Assembly: GCA_001938485.1 (NCBI GenBank)
Contig: MQRK01245143.1
Coordinates: 2,971 to 66,970, forward strand
Source: Girardia tigrina
Taxonomy: Eukaryota
Length of the DNA stretch: 64,000 nt
Direction of reading: 5' to 3'
The position numbers and the translations under genes were made by a program. This document shows positions 23,397-35,753 of the stretch, piece after piece; within the stretch, counting starts at the first letter, position 1; each line of letters starts with the position of its first letter. A model generated the notes under the pieces. It was not told the DNA's origin. It saw only the letters and a list, made by a program, of their open reading frames with translations, and ran no database searches.

Positions 23397-24055
23397 CATA
23401 GAACAGTGTAGCGGAATTGAGAGCTTTAACTTAAGTAAGAGTTAACTTTTGATATGAAATCTTGGTGTACGTTCTTATAATGTCTCTAATTAAAATGATT
23501 TCTGTAGAATATAGCCTTATAGATCATTAGATTATTGAACTCATCAGAAAGTTAATCTTAAACAACAAAACGTTTGAAGCAAAAAAAATTGAGTTTTCTT
23601 TGCCGAAACCCTCAGCCCCGCTACGCTGTTCTATATTTAAATTTAAGATTCTAGGGGCTAATTACCCCGTTTAACCCCCCCTGGATCTTCCTTTGGTTTA
23701 AATAATTTAATTTGAATGAAACTTTATTATAACAAGGACGATATTAATCCAATAATCCTAATAAAAAAATCCCTAGTTTTCTTTGCCAAAGCCCTCAATA
23801 CAATGGTTTATGTTTAAATTTGAGATTCCACGGTAGGGGGGGTAATTTGAATGCAAAAAAACACAGAACAAAAAATATTGACATAAAAATGTTTATAAAT
23901 CATCAAATCTCCGTCAGACAAATGATCAAATGGGTTCTACTGAGCTTGAGCCTCTTGTTTCATTACATATAACTCAGGTAGGTTCAGAGGCTAAGACGGA
24001 TCCAGTGGGGGTTAATTACCACCTTTACCTCCCCCCTGGATCCGCCTTTGCACGG
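23397..24055. repeat. composite MITE-like dispersed repeat, copy 1
   Basis: Inverted ends ATAGAACAGTGTAGCGG / CCGCTACGCTGTTCTAT. Colinear with 27368-27855. Confidence 0.75.
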
Positions 24056-24409
24056 TATTTACCTTGCTTTGAGTTTTAGTTTTATAGTGAAATAACCCTT
24101 AAAAACTAAGACAGGAAAATAAAACAAGTTTTGTTCTATCATTAACGTTTTACACAGTGACTAATCAAAATTCTTACATTACTTCATTTATTTATTTACT
24201 TTACGATATTCAATTGTCTGTAGTTCGACAACAATTGAATATAGACATGTGGTCTAGAGAGGAAAAAGTTCTTAGAATGAAGGCTATTTTCGAAAAATGC
24301 GAAAATATGTAGGGCATTCCAATTCAAAAAATGTTATTTCTTTGGTACACCATGTATAAGGAAATATACCTTAGTGTAAAAAACATTTAATTTCCAACAT
24401 AAGGCCATG

Positions 24410-26690
24410 AAATAACAACAAATAGACTGATATACGCAGACGACCTGTGCTTACTGGACGAGGATCATGGAAACATTGAAGAAAATTTTAAGATACTCAA
24501 TAGAGTATTTCTAAACATGGGGCTGAAGATCAACATTGGGAAGACACAGATCATGAATCTCAATGGTCCCAGATGTGCAACGGCAGGAAGTAAACTTATG
24601 ACTGCAGCTGAAAGGGTGGATGAGTTCAGTTACTTGAGGTTAATAATTAAATGTGGGGGAAACTCCGAAAGAGATATGAAATCAAGAGTTCAGAAAGGGA
24701 CAACGAAGCTGAGAACACTGAAATCATTGTTAAAGAATAATACATTGTCTCTCCAGAACAAAAAGAACATCATCGCTAGCTGTGTATACCTGATGGTTTA
24801 CTACAGAAGTGAAAACTGGAGAACAAATGTAGATCACATCCAAAAGATAACAGCGTTCCATAATCTATGCAGTAGAAGAGCACTGGGAGTTCATAAAACA
24901 GAGAAGATCAGAATGGAACTATTAAATATTGGATTACCGTAATTAGCAAAGAGAAGATTCATATATCATACTAAACTAGAACTGGGAGAATGTATAGAGA
25001 ATGTGAAGTGGATCAGTCAGTGTGAATTATTGGATTGGCCAAAAAGTCATTGCGTTTTTCAGTACGTCCTAATAAAAAGCTTGAAAATATAAAACGATGT
25101 AATAAAATTTAAATTCATTTAAATTTAAATATATTCTGAAACCTTAATTTTCAGACTATGTTTATACAAAATATTAATTGATTTTGTTTTAATTTATTAC
25201 TGTACCGTCCATTCAAAATGGAAAATCAAAATGAGCATATTCGTCATATTTTGCTGCATTATTTTCGCAAAAGGAATACCGCAGTGCAAGCTCATAAGAA
25301 GATATCTTTTGTATATGGTAGTGACTCCTTAAAACTTTGACAGTGTCAATACTGGTTTTCTAAATTTTGTTCTAAAAAATTTCATCTGAAAGATGCACCA
25401 CGCTCAGGTCGAACAGTTGAAGTTGATGGAGACAAAATAACAGCACTGATCAAATCTAATCCACATATGACGACAAGAGAAGTTGCAGAGACTCTGGAAA
25501 TATCAAAATCAAGTGTTGGAAGTCATTTAAAGAAACTTGGATTCGTCAATAAACTCGATATGTGGTTACCACATGAACTGAAAGAAATTCATTTGGTGAA
25601 ACTTATAGACACTTGTGATTCCCTTTTGAAGCGAAAACAAAGTGATCCATTTTTGAAGCGCTTGATTACGGGTGACGAAAAATTGATTGTTTACAACAAT
25701 GTGGAACGCCGACGATCATGGACAAAACATGGTGAGCCTGCCAAAACGATCCCAAAAGCAGAAATTTACCAAAAGATCTGGTGTGATTTTAAAGGAATTG
25801 TGTTTTTTGAACTCCTTCCGAGGAATGAAACCATCAATTCAGACAGATATTGTGGTCAGCTGCAGAAATTGACTCATTGAATTCAACAGGAACGTCCTGA
25901 ATTGGCAAATCGAAAAGGAGTTGTAATTCAGCATGATAACTCAAGACCGAACACAAGTTTGACGACTGGCCAGAAACTCTTATCACTGGGTTGGGAGGTT
26001 TTGTCGCACCCACCGTATTCTCCAGACTTGGCCCCATTGGATTTTCACTTATTTAGATCACTGCAGAATTCCTTAAACAGAAAAACATTCGCCAGTGATG
26101 ATGACATCAAATCGTTCCTGAATGCAAAAAAACACAGAACAAAAAATATTGACATAAAAATGTTTATAAATCATCAAATCTCCGTCAGACAAATGATGGC
26201 CTGGACGGCCTTTTTGCTGACAAAGGCAAAGGTTTTTATGAATCAGGAATAATGAAGCTACTGGAAAGGTGGAAGAAAGTGATTGAAAATCATGGACAGT
26301 ATATCGTGTAAAAATATTTGTGCATCCATGTCATTTTTTGATAATAAATATTTTAGTAAAAAACGCAATGACTTTTTGGCCAACCCAATAATTGGTGGAA
26401 AGAAAGTAAGTGGAAGGAAGAAGCAACACCTGACAAAATGCCTCAAAGTGGACCTGAACTGGCTATTTGGAGATCAGTTTGACTTTGACAATTTTTGTAG
26501 AATAGTACAGAGTGAAGTTCTACTAATTTTGGATGGAAAAATTGAAAAGATTCTGCGAACGCGAAAAGTGAACCGAGATGGCGACCCGAATTATGAGACT
26601 CATCATGCCAGGACTTCGACCAAGTGGATTAATGCTTCAAGTTGTTTGCTGAAATCACAGAGTTCAACAAACATTTGAGACGAAATCATG
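24410..26690 (+). mobile_element. RTE-like LINE fragment interrupted by mariner
   Basis: LIYADDL, GLKINIGKTQIM and FSYL motifs. The frame rejoins across the mariner (CEL / IGGKKVSGRKK). Homologous to 21862-23245. Confidence 0.85.
25030..26388 (+). mobile_element. mariner transposon, decayed
   Basis: Near-perfect 30-bp TIRs TTGG(A/G)TTGGCCAAAAAGTCATTGCGTTTTT and TA TSD. Motifs WLPHEL, ITGDEK, HDNSRP, YSPDLAPLD. Confidence 0.96.
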
Positions 26691-27367
26691 TTGAAGGAGC
26701 ACAATTCATTTTGTGTACTATTTTTAAAACTGCGAACATGTGAGTTACATAAAAAAAGAATGATTCCTGGCATAAGAGAAAGAGAAAGTCATGGTAACTA
26801 TTATGGATGTGTTAATACTTTAATACTGTTATCGAATCGATAAAAATCAGAAATAGTATTAAAAATATTTACCATAAAATTTATAGATTAACTTTAAATT
26901 TAAGTAAGATGTTGTAGCACCCTTATTAACAACATCAATATGATTTTTCAAACATTTATTAACATCACAATCAGAATTGTTATGACAACAAATATTCAAA
27001 AGGCTTACGCTATTTGACATTTTTCTTGATTAATATATTTCTAAATTCATATTAATTTTTCAATAAATGGAAAAGTTTTATTAATAATTATTAAATATAA
27101 AGATTCTAATTGGTTAAAATTAAATCTAAACATTTTATAAAAATAACCAATTAAATTAATATATTAAATTAAAAATTACATTAAAAATTAAATATTACAT
27201 TCGAAAATTATTTTAAATCTTTTTACTTAAAAATTAGATTAAAATATTTTTAATTAGTAGGAATTTAAAAAATACCAATCGGCCATCTGGTTAGGAGAGA
27301 CACATACAACATGCACAATATCAACAAACAATTCACAACATTCCTCATAACCATAATATATAAATAC

Positions 27368-27855
27368 ACATAGAACAGTGTAGCGGAATTGTCAGCTTTT
27401 ACTTAAGTGAGAGTAAAAGTTTGGTATGAAATCTTAGTATATTTTCTTATAATGTCTCTAAACAAACTAAGTTCCGTATAGCTCTTTAGATTATTGAACT
27501 CTTGAGAAAGTTAAAATTAAACAATGAAACGTTGGGAACTAATAAAATTTGAGTTTTCTTTGCATAAGCCTCAATCCCGCTACAATGTTCTATGTTTAAA
27601 TTTGAGATTCCAGGGGGTATTTGAATGCAAAAAAACACAAATTTTGATTCATAAAATTTGGATTTGAATATAAAACCCTGTACTAGATAAACACACAACA
27701 AAAAAATGTTGAAATAAAAATGTTTATAAATCATCAAAATCTCCGTCAGACAAGTGATAAAATGCCGAGCTTGAGCCTCTTGTTTCATTATTGAGGTAGG
27801 TTTAGAAGCAATGGGTAATTACCCCCTTTACCCACGATGGATCGGCCCTTGTGAT
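27368..27855. repeat. composite MITE-like dispersed repeat, copy 2
   Basis: Homologous to 23397-24055. Confidence 0.75.
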
Positions 27856-29645
27856 TAATTTACCCTTAAATTTTATTAGATTTTTTCAAAAATACTTTAT
27901 CTATTCTGGTGAGACCGAATTATAATTCATATAAAATTTTCAATATTAAATTTACAATTTGAAAGTTAAAGTTTTGCAAAATAAAATTAACATTGTTTAG
28001 AACCTCTGCTTAGCAACTTAGATAAATTGTAACTACAATCTAAAAATAACTTTTAAAATATGCATTATATCAACAACAATAGTTTAAGCTATCGATACTA
28101 AAAAAAATCGGCGCACTTGTACTACGTAATGTTATTATTTGAACATTGTTTTCGATTAAAATAATACATATCTTAAGTCAATATTATCTCAACACACAAG
28201 AAAGGTGTTACTTAGGATATTCATGCACATAATGAATCCACGCATGATTTAGCATACGTTGACAGTGTTTTCAAACACAGATTATTTGTTATGTAATACA
28301 TCGTTACTTGGGCGTTGATAATGGAATTGTAACAAAATTAAAATTTTATGAAAAATTTTCAGAAGTAATTTGGTAAATAAAAATTTTTATAAATACTTTG
28401 AAGACGAAAACTTTGTTTATACAAGGTTTTAAGTTTAATTTAAAGAAAATCCAGCTACAAGATAATCGCCATGTAGCTTAAACCGGAAATGAGAAATCAA
28501 ATATAGGGAACTTCAAGACAAACGATTTGTATACAGCTTACAACATAATTAGTCACTGAAAATCTCGCTTGTTGCGAATTTCTCGTATATTGTATATTAT
28601 GGTATCAGTCACCACGGGCAGATAACAGCAAAACAAACAGGATATCCGGTACCAGCGCCTCTTACTAGTTACTATATTTGGGCAGTTAAACAAAGCAGTA
28701 CAATACGAGGCGAGAATATTCGGTGATTGATCGAGTCATGAATTAAACCAGTGCTAGAGTTGCTATAGTTATTTCTTTCTATTGTTTGGTTTAGTTACAG
28801 ATTAAAATGTGTGTATTCCAGTTATGCTTCTGTGCAATTATTTTAACTGTGTGCAAACGCGTTAACTCATGCACGTTATCTATCACTATTATTAAAATAT
28901 TGTTATTTTTGTGGTATGCAATTGTTACTGTAACAAATTTCAAACAATGATTCTAATTTAAAAAAATAATTTAGACTAATCTTGTTCGTGTTTTTCGATT
29001 AAACCTTTTGTGTTTTAACCAATTTAAAATAAATATAAAAAGATGCCATAAATATAATGTTTTGTAAACAGTTTAGAGTAGGATTATTATGTCAAAGGAT
29101 TGTTTAATATTATAAAATAAAATATTTGCGAAACACCACCATCTTGCCATAAGTCACGTTATTCGAGCCCTCATTCATTGCAGTTTAACGTTACTGTTAT
29201 TTTTGATTTCACGAACTGATTTCAGACTAATAAGTGACTGATCACCGGGTACCTTCTAATCTAAATAATAACCATTGCCCAGGCCTGATCAAATATCGCA
29301 GAGAAAAATATGATATTTCGAGGTCGTTTAGAATTGACAAGGTTTCTTTCAACAAAGATATCAATGTTACGATCCGATTCTAAGACAGAGTTTGATGTGA
29401 TCACTTGTGCTGTATTTTTACTTTATTGTGTACTCAGAGTCCCACAAAGTATTGATATTTCACTGTCTATAAAAATGAGCCAATGCAAAGTTAATGTAAT
29501 TTATTTTAATTATTTTTTTATTAAATCTTTAATAATTTCTAAAATTATTTTGAATCCGTATGATTAGATAAATAATATTACAGATTGAACAATAGTTAGT
29601 TTTTCGAATGATGGTTGATGATTTGTATTTTGAAAAATCAATATA

Positions 29646-29687
29646 ATGAATCAGATGAATTCAACAATCGTCGATACAATGGATTAT
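29646..29687 (+). CDS. candidate first coding exon of the zinc-finger gene (MNQMNSTIVDTMDY)
   Basis: ATG, 14 codons and a phase-0 GTAATT donor compatible with the TTTTAG acceptor at 30663. Upstream acceptor TTACAG at 29583. Speculative. Confidence 0.35.
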
Positions 29688-30663
29688 GTAATTAATTTCA
29701 CAAATTTTATAAGGGAATGTATAACAACAAAATTTTGATTTTATAGATGTATTTTTCAAAATAGTAAAACTTATTTTTTTATTTAATAATGATTGTTCAT
29801 TTTCTAATTTTTCTTATTGATTTTTTGTGTTCATAAATTTTTGAAAAAATTGCATTTTTGAGTAATAAGCCCCAAAGTTTTGTAAAATTGAAAATTACCA
29901 CTAAATGTGCAAAGCGATATATGAATTATGAGCCACCTACTCACTACTCATAGATGATCTCCCGATATTTTGATATTGATAAAGTTAAAACTTGTTACAA
30001 CCAGTTTTATAAATATGCGACTAGGATAAATAAAGTAGTTGGCCAGTGGCCAGAAGAAAATGTCTTTACCACATCCATATATGTTGTCTGATTATTATAA
30101 TAATAGCAATAAATTATTGTTATTGTATTTATTAGATTTTGTGTTCCACGTATTAATGTTTTTATAAATTTATGTCGATAAAATATTAAAATACAGTATC
30201 TAATAAAAATTTAACTCATTTTTGCGTTCTTCGATTTTTAAATCAGAATTATAGAATTCGAATTGAATTAAAACAAATCGCCTTAGCTACTGTTTTTATG
30301 AATAAATACAAATACCTGTTTAATCTATTTACCAGTACAATAATTTAACAATCCTGTGTGTATGTTGCTTTGTTCAATGTGCTCATCAATTTTAATATTT
30401 CTTGTTATAACTTATTTTAAATACATCCCAGTAACAGGTTTGCTGCAATTTTATTGGTCGAAAAAATCATACACACAACATTTTGGATTTTTTTCTATTT
30501 GCCCATTGGACAATAAATTTTACCGTATTTGTAAATAGTGCATATATAGTCGGTCAGCATCATTAATCTATCTTAAATTTAAAGTACTAAAAATTGCGTT
30601 TTTACCTATATTTCGAAAAAGTAATTTTTTTAATTAATTAAACTAATTAAAACTACATTTTAG

Positions 30664-31617
30664 ATGAATTTTATTGAACCTAATAACTCAATAATGAAAT
30701 CTTTTCACCAGTTAATTCAGAATCATTGGATGAACGCTTTACAAGTAATTCCACCAGTAACCACTAGATATTCTCCCTTTTCATCCAGCACTGGTAGTTT
30801 TACTTCTCCCGGCAAGAGCGAGATTTCAGACCAAGACGAACCATTAAATCTTTCTCTTAAGTATTCAGACTCCCAAAGTCTCAATCAACATAACAATATA
30901 TCACAAGCAAGCCCATCTATATTTAATCAATATGGCATTGTATCTCCTCTCCCTTTATCAACCCATGTTCCTATAATAATGCCTCATATATTTCAAAGTC
31001 TATTTGCCACAAGACCAATTCTACCAAATATTTCAAAATCGAGATCAATGGCTGAATATTTTCCAATGCAGGTGAATAATTCAGATATATGTCAAAAGCA
31101 GCGCAGAAAATCCACACCTGTTAAAATGAAGAAATCCCGTTCATTTAAATGCAATCAATGCCGAATGATATTTACATGCTTAGCCAGTCTCTCGGAACAC
31201 ACCCAAAATATTCATGGAGGTTATAAATGTCATATTTGCGATACCAGTTTCACCCAGAGATCTAATTTGCAAAGGCACGCTTTGAGGCACGTTGGATTCA
31301 AACCTTATAAATGTGGAGTTTGTTCAAAAGAATATTATAGAAAAGATCATTTAATTCGTCATATATCCTTTAATCATCCAATGGTGAATCCTAAAGAAAA
31401 TATAATTCAAAGATTATCATCTTCTGAGAGTTTAAATTTTATAGATTGTCAAACAGAAGGGGAGCCCAGTAATGAAAATGATGACATTGTTCCGTTAAAA
31501 CCAATTTCTGGTTGTTCCAGTGAAATATCAAATGAAGATCAGAATTCCTTAGAAGAGGAAAATATATTTTTAAAAATTGAGACTTCAGAAGGAATGGATG
31601 TAGATATTTTAAATTAG
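30664..31617 (+). CDS. zfp-1: flatworm ZFP-1-family three-finger C2H2 transcription factor
   Basis: Intact 317-aa ORF with three C2H2 fingers carrying QRSNLQR, a GFKPY linker and RKDHLIR (ZFP-1 family signatures), plus a PLNLS CtBP-type motif. Begins immediately after a splice acceptor. Exact paralog not determined. Confidence 0.85.
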   Translation: MNFIEPNNSIMKSFHQLIQNHWMNALQVIPPVTTRYSPFSSSTGSFTSPGKSEISDQDEPLNLSLKYSDSQSLNQHNNISQASPSIFNQYGIVSPLPLSTHVPIIMPHIFQSLFATRPILPNISKSRSMAEYFPMQVNNSDICQKQRRKSTPVKMKKSRSFKCNQCRMIFTCLASLSEHTQNIHGGYKCHICDTSFTQRSNLQRHALRHVGFKPYKCGVCSKEYYRKDHLIRHISFNHPMVNPKENIIQRLSSSESLNFIDCQTEGEPSNENDDIVPLKPISGCSSEISNEDQNSLEEENIFLKIETSEGMDVDILN

Positions 31618-34394
31618 TTTTATTTTATTTGTAAATATTTGTACATATTGTCAATAATGAATTTGTTTACATTTTTGTCGGATTTTTAAATTATTCTATT
31701 ATTATTGTCTTGATTTTATTCTATTCAAAAAAGATTCCTGATTGATTATGATGGGACACATAAATTAAGTAATCTGAATATTAGTATTGTTATTTTAGTG
31801 GTCATAAAGATTAGTATTAGATTATGAAATTATAATCTCTCGGTGACATAATACGTAAATCCCAGCGATAGGTTACATTTTCAAGAAGATTTTTTATTTA
31901 TATTTCCCCTGAAATATGAAGTAACTTTGAGATTAACAATAGATTCTGCAATTAAGTATTAATTGATAAGATTTTTCGATTTTGAGTCATAATATGTTTA
32001 ATAAATCTGAGTATATAGCTGGAAATTTAATTGTCGATAATATTTGAAATGATAATTTAATTTATTGACAATATCAAACAAGTTTCATTAATATTTTATA
32101 AGTATAACTAACCTGACCAGTTCATAATAGAAACCAATTTTCTTAAGTTTCAATCGTATTTGGGGAATTCATTGACGAAAAATTTTATTTTTCCCTCACT
32201 ATCGTATTGAAACATTTTATTCGGCAAACACAAATGTGTTAATAAAATCAATGGATAAATTTTATTTACATCAGTACATCGGATTTTCTCCTTTGTTATG
32301 TTCGCAACGTGAGATGCATTATTACTTGTAAATGTATATTCAATACTGTCAATTGATTCAAATACAATTAGCTCAATATCAGAGGTCATCTTGCCCGCTC
32401 TCTAGACAAATTTTAAAAATTTGGGTAATTAAATTTTTGGAAACGATGCGTTCAATTCGTCGAAATAATAACTTTCTAGGTATTTTTATTACTAATTTAA
32501 AATTAAATTACTGTAATTTAGAAATGCTACTAAGCACTAAATTATAAAAGCTGTAATATAGAATGTTTCAATTTAGAAATATATTTTTTTTAATTTAGTG
32601 CTTTATTTTTTGCTGTATTCGCGGATGAATCCAAGAATCACATACCTTTTCAAAAGTTTATTGTACAACAAACTATTAAATATAATAAAAAATAAGATTT
32701 TTGTCTTCACTAAGAAACGTCCTTCAGAAAACAAGGTAAATTTGTCTAGTATTATTTAAAATACTAAACTTTTCTTAATTCATGCAGTACTTCCTAATGA
32801 TGCAGTTTATTCTTGTTTTATATTAAAATTTTTATTCTCTTGGATTTATTTGATATTCTATCTTATATTTCATAATCTTGGTATTTTATTTAGTCAAGTA
32901 AGATATTAGTATACAAGAAACCAGTAATAATAGAGGTTGTGAATTATTATAAATAAAAGGAATTATCTTCTGTTACTTTTTTTGTTAGAATTCGATTTTA
33001 AAAATGAATATTTAATAATTGTTATACCAAAATATAGTTACTTGTTGTGTAAATTAAACCTATAACTTCTAAGATTCGAAATCTCAAATTAAATCCTTAG
33101 GAATATGAAATATTTCAATTATCATTTCATGTTTCATCTCATTTTAAATCCTTTATACATATTTAAAAATTCAAAGTAGATTTAATTAGTTATCTTTTCG
33201 GGTTAACAGAACTTTAAACTTTTGAATCTATTTTAGTGGAGAAATATTAACTATTTTCAAAACAAGTGCGGATCAAAATGACAAGTCTGGGAGTAAATTT
33301 TAATAAATAAAATTTAAGGAGTCCCATTGAAGTATTTAATTAGCAAAGCACATAAAAACATTTAGTAAAACATTGATTTTTATTAAAAGATAGCAAACTA
33401 TTTTTTGCAAAACACTGAAGCATCTACACACTCAAATTTGTTTAAATTTGAGATTCTACGGGGGGCTTGTAAAAAAATTATATAAAAGGATATAGTTATA
33501 TATACATATATATTTGAAAAATAATTTTACTAAAGCTTTTTAAAAATATTGATTATCAAATATTTTTCGGAATTTGGTATTCTATTGTCAGCAATTATAA
33601 TGTAATGTTTGTTAGTTTTATAAAAAGTTAGATTTAAGGGAATGACTTTTTGATTTATTTTAATTATTTAAAATATTATTGGATAATAATGGCAAAATGT
33701 TTTCGAAATTTAATTTAAGATTTTAGGATTTGACACAGCTTTGTCTTGTACATTTGAATGTTAATTAAATGTTTGTAGTATATTATCAATAATGATTCAC
33801 AGAACTGCCACTCATAATATGAATCAAAGCCCTTCTATAAAACAGCAAACTCATCCTTTAAAACAGAAGAGATTCTATTAATACAATGTAACTAATTATC
33901 AAGAGCCATACTCTATCGACTTGATTGTGAGAGCTCACTAATCCTGGTTTTGAGTTGACGATTTATCTCTCCAATGTTCAAATTTTACACCTTAAACAAT
34001 TAAGTTTATAAACCAGATTAGCTCTAAATCCAGAAGTCTTTTTCGATTTATTTGAGAGGAACCTTTGAACTCTTCTTAAATGCTTTAAATCTGTCAGAAT
34101 ATGGTATTTTGATTATCATCAATGTTTACTTCCTTTAATCTTTTCTTAACCTGTATTTGTGTACATAATTTTTCCAATGTACCCAAACTCCTTTTAAGAT
34201 GACAAGATATTCAGATTGCATACAACTTACTCGTATTGGGTGTCAATTACACCACTTATATAATTCTATTTTTACTCTTTCAAAGTTATTAGTTTTATTA
34301 ATTTACAAAAGTAGAACTTCGTTAACACGAACTTTGCGGGTTCATAAAAATAGTAAATGTTTTGCAAAAATAATGTAATTTTTATTTATGTAAA

Positions 34395-35364
34395 TGTTGG
34401 TGGATGTCATTTAAAAATCAATTTTAAATAAAATTAAAAAAAATAAGTCTATTTAGCACAACTTAAAGATAAAATTAACTGTTTATAAAAATAAACTGAA
34501 AAGTTTATAATTTGTTTTATTGTGAGGTATAAATTTTATAAATAATATAAGTATGCAAAACATAATTCTTTGTTTTAATTATTGGATAAAATAAAACTTT
34601 ATTTATCCTTTTACAATATTAAATATAAATTATATAGAAATAATTAAATTAAAATAAACGAAAAGGATAAATAATGTAGATTAAGTAAGAAAGTATTTTT
34701 CATAAAAAGATAATTAAATTATTTCAAAAGTAAATAAAGAAAAATTAAGCTGAGAAGAAAGCCATAAAAGAGGAAGATTTTAAAAGAAAAGGAGAGACAA
34801 AATTTTACCTAAAAGGCCCTTAATTATATATCGTAAGACCTAGAAGAAAGAGATTTAACTGTTAATTAAAAAGATTGATTTTAAAAGGTCAAGAATCTAA
34901 AGAATTCGATCAGACCTCACGCAGAGAACAAACCGAATTAATTGACAGACCTCACACGGAGAACATTACGAATTAATTAACGGCTGATCGGAGATATAAA
35001 TAAAGCTCTCGATCAAAATGCGAATATTGAGATTGAACAGATAAAAATTTGTGGAGTATCAGAGAATTGATTTGCTAAATTTAAAGCGAAGTTAAGTCAC
35101 ACTTATTAAAGGTACCGACTAAAGCCTCTATATAAATTATATATTTCCGTAATATATTTTTATATACTCTAAAATCAAATCGGAGTAAACGAAGCATCGT
35201 TTCTACAGTTATCCAACATATAAATTCATCTTATAAGGTTTAAGTCCCTTTAAAATATTTTTCCAATTGATTGTACATTGTGTAATATAAATAAATATTC
35301 TTTGAAAATACATAATCTTATTTTTTTTAATTTCTATTTTATAGAATCACCTGTTACGCCAACA
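34395..35364. mobile_element. probable solo LTR
   Basis: TGTTGG...CCAACA ends, internal two-copy CAGACCTCAC...CGAATTAATT repeat, TATA/AATAAA-like motifs. No clean TSD. Confidence 0.5.
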
Positions 35365-35753
35365 TTATCACAATCCTTTTTCAATAAAAATTAGATTAAC
35401 TTGAAAGGAGTTGTCCATTCCTAATGAGAGGAAGAAAAGAAAAAATATATTAAAGATGTTTGTTGATCGTCAAAATTTTTGTCATTAGTTAAAAGTTTTA
35501 ATTATTCTATTACTTGTTACTTTTCGTTTTAAAATGATTGGAACACTTTTATCTATTGATTGTATAATGGTATAATATCTATTGATTGTAATCTACCAAT
35601 AATGTATATGAGATATTTCAATGCAACTGGTGTAATCAGTAACTAATTTTTCAAAAATATATTTGTAAGAGAATTTCAATTTTCGAGCTCACTTAACAAG
35701 CAGTGTTTCCATCAGAAAATTTTTGCTGGGGGAGAAATTCAGTTGTATAGGGG

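Noticed and set aside
33800-34290. CR1/L2-like LINE tail
   Set aside because: Too decayed to support by eye.
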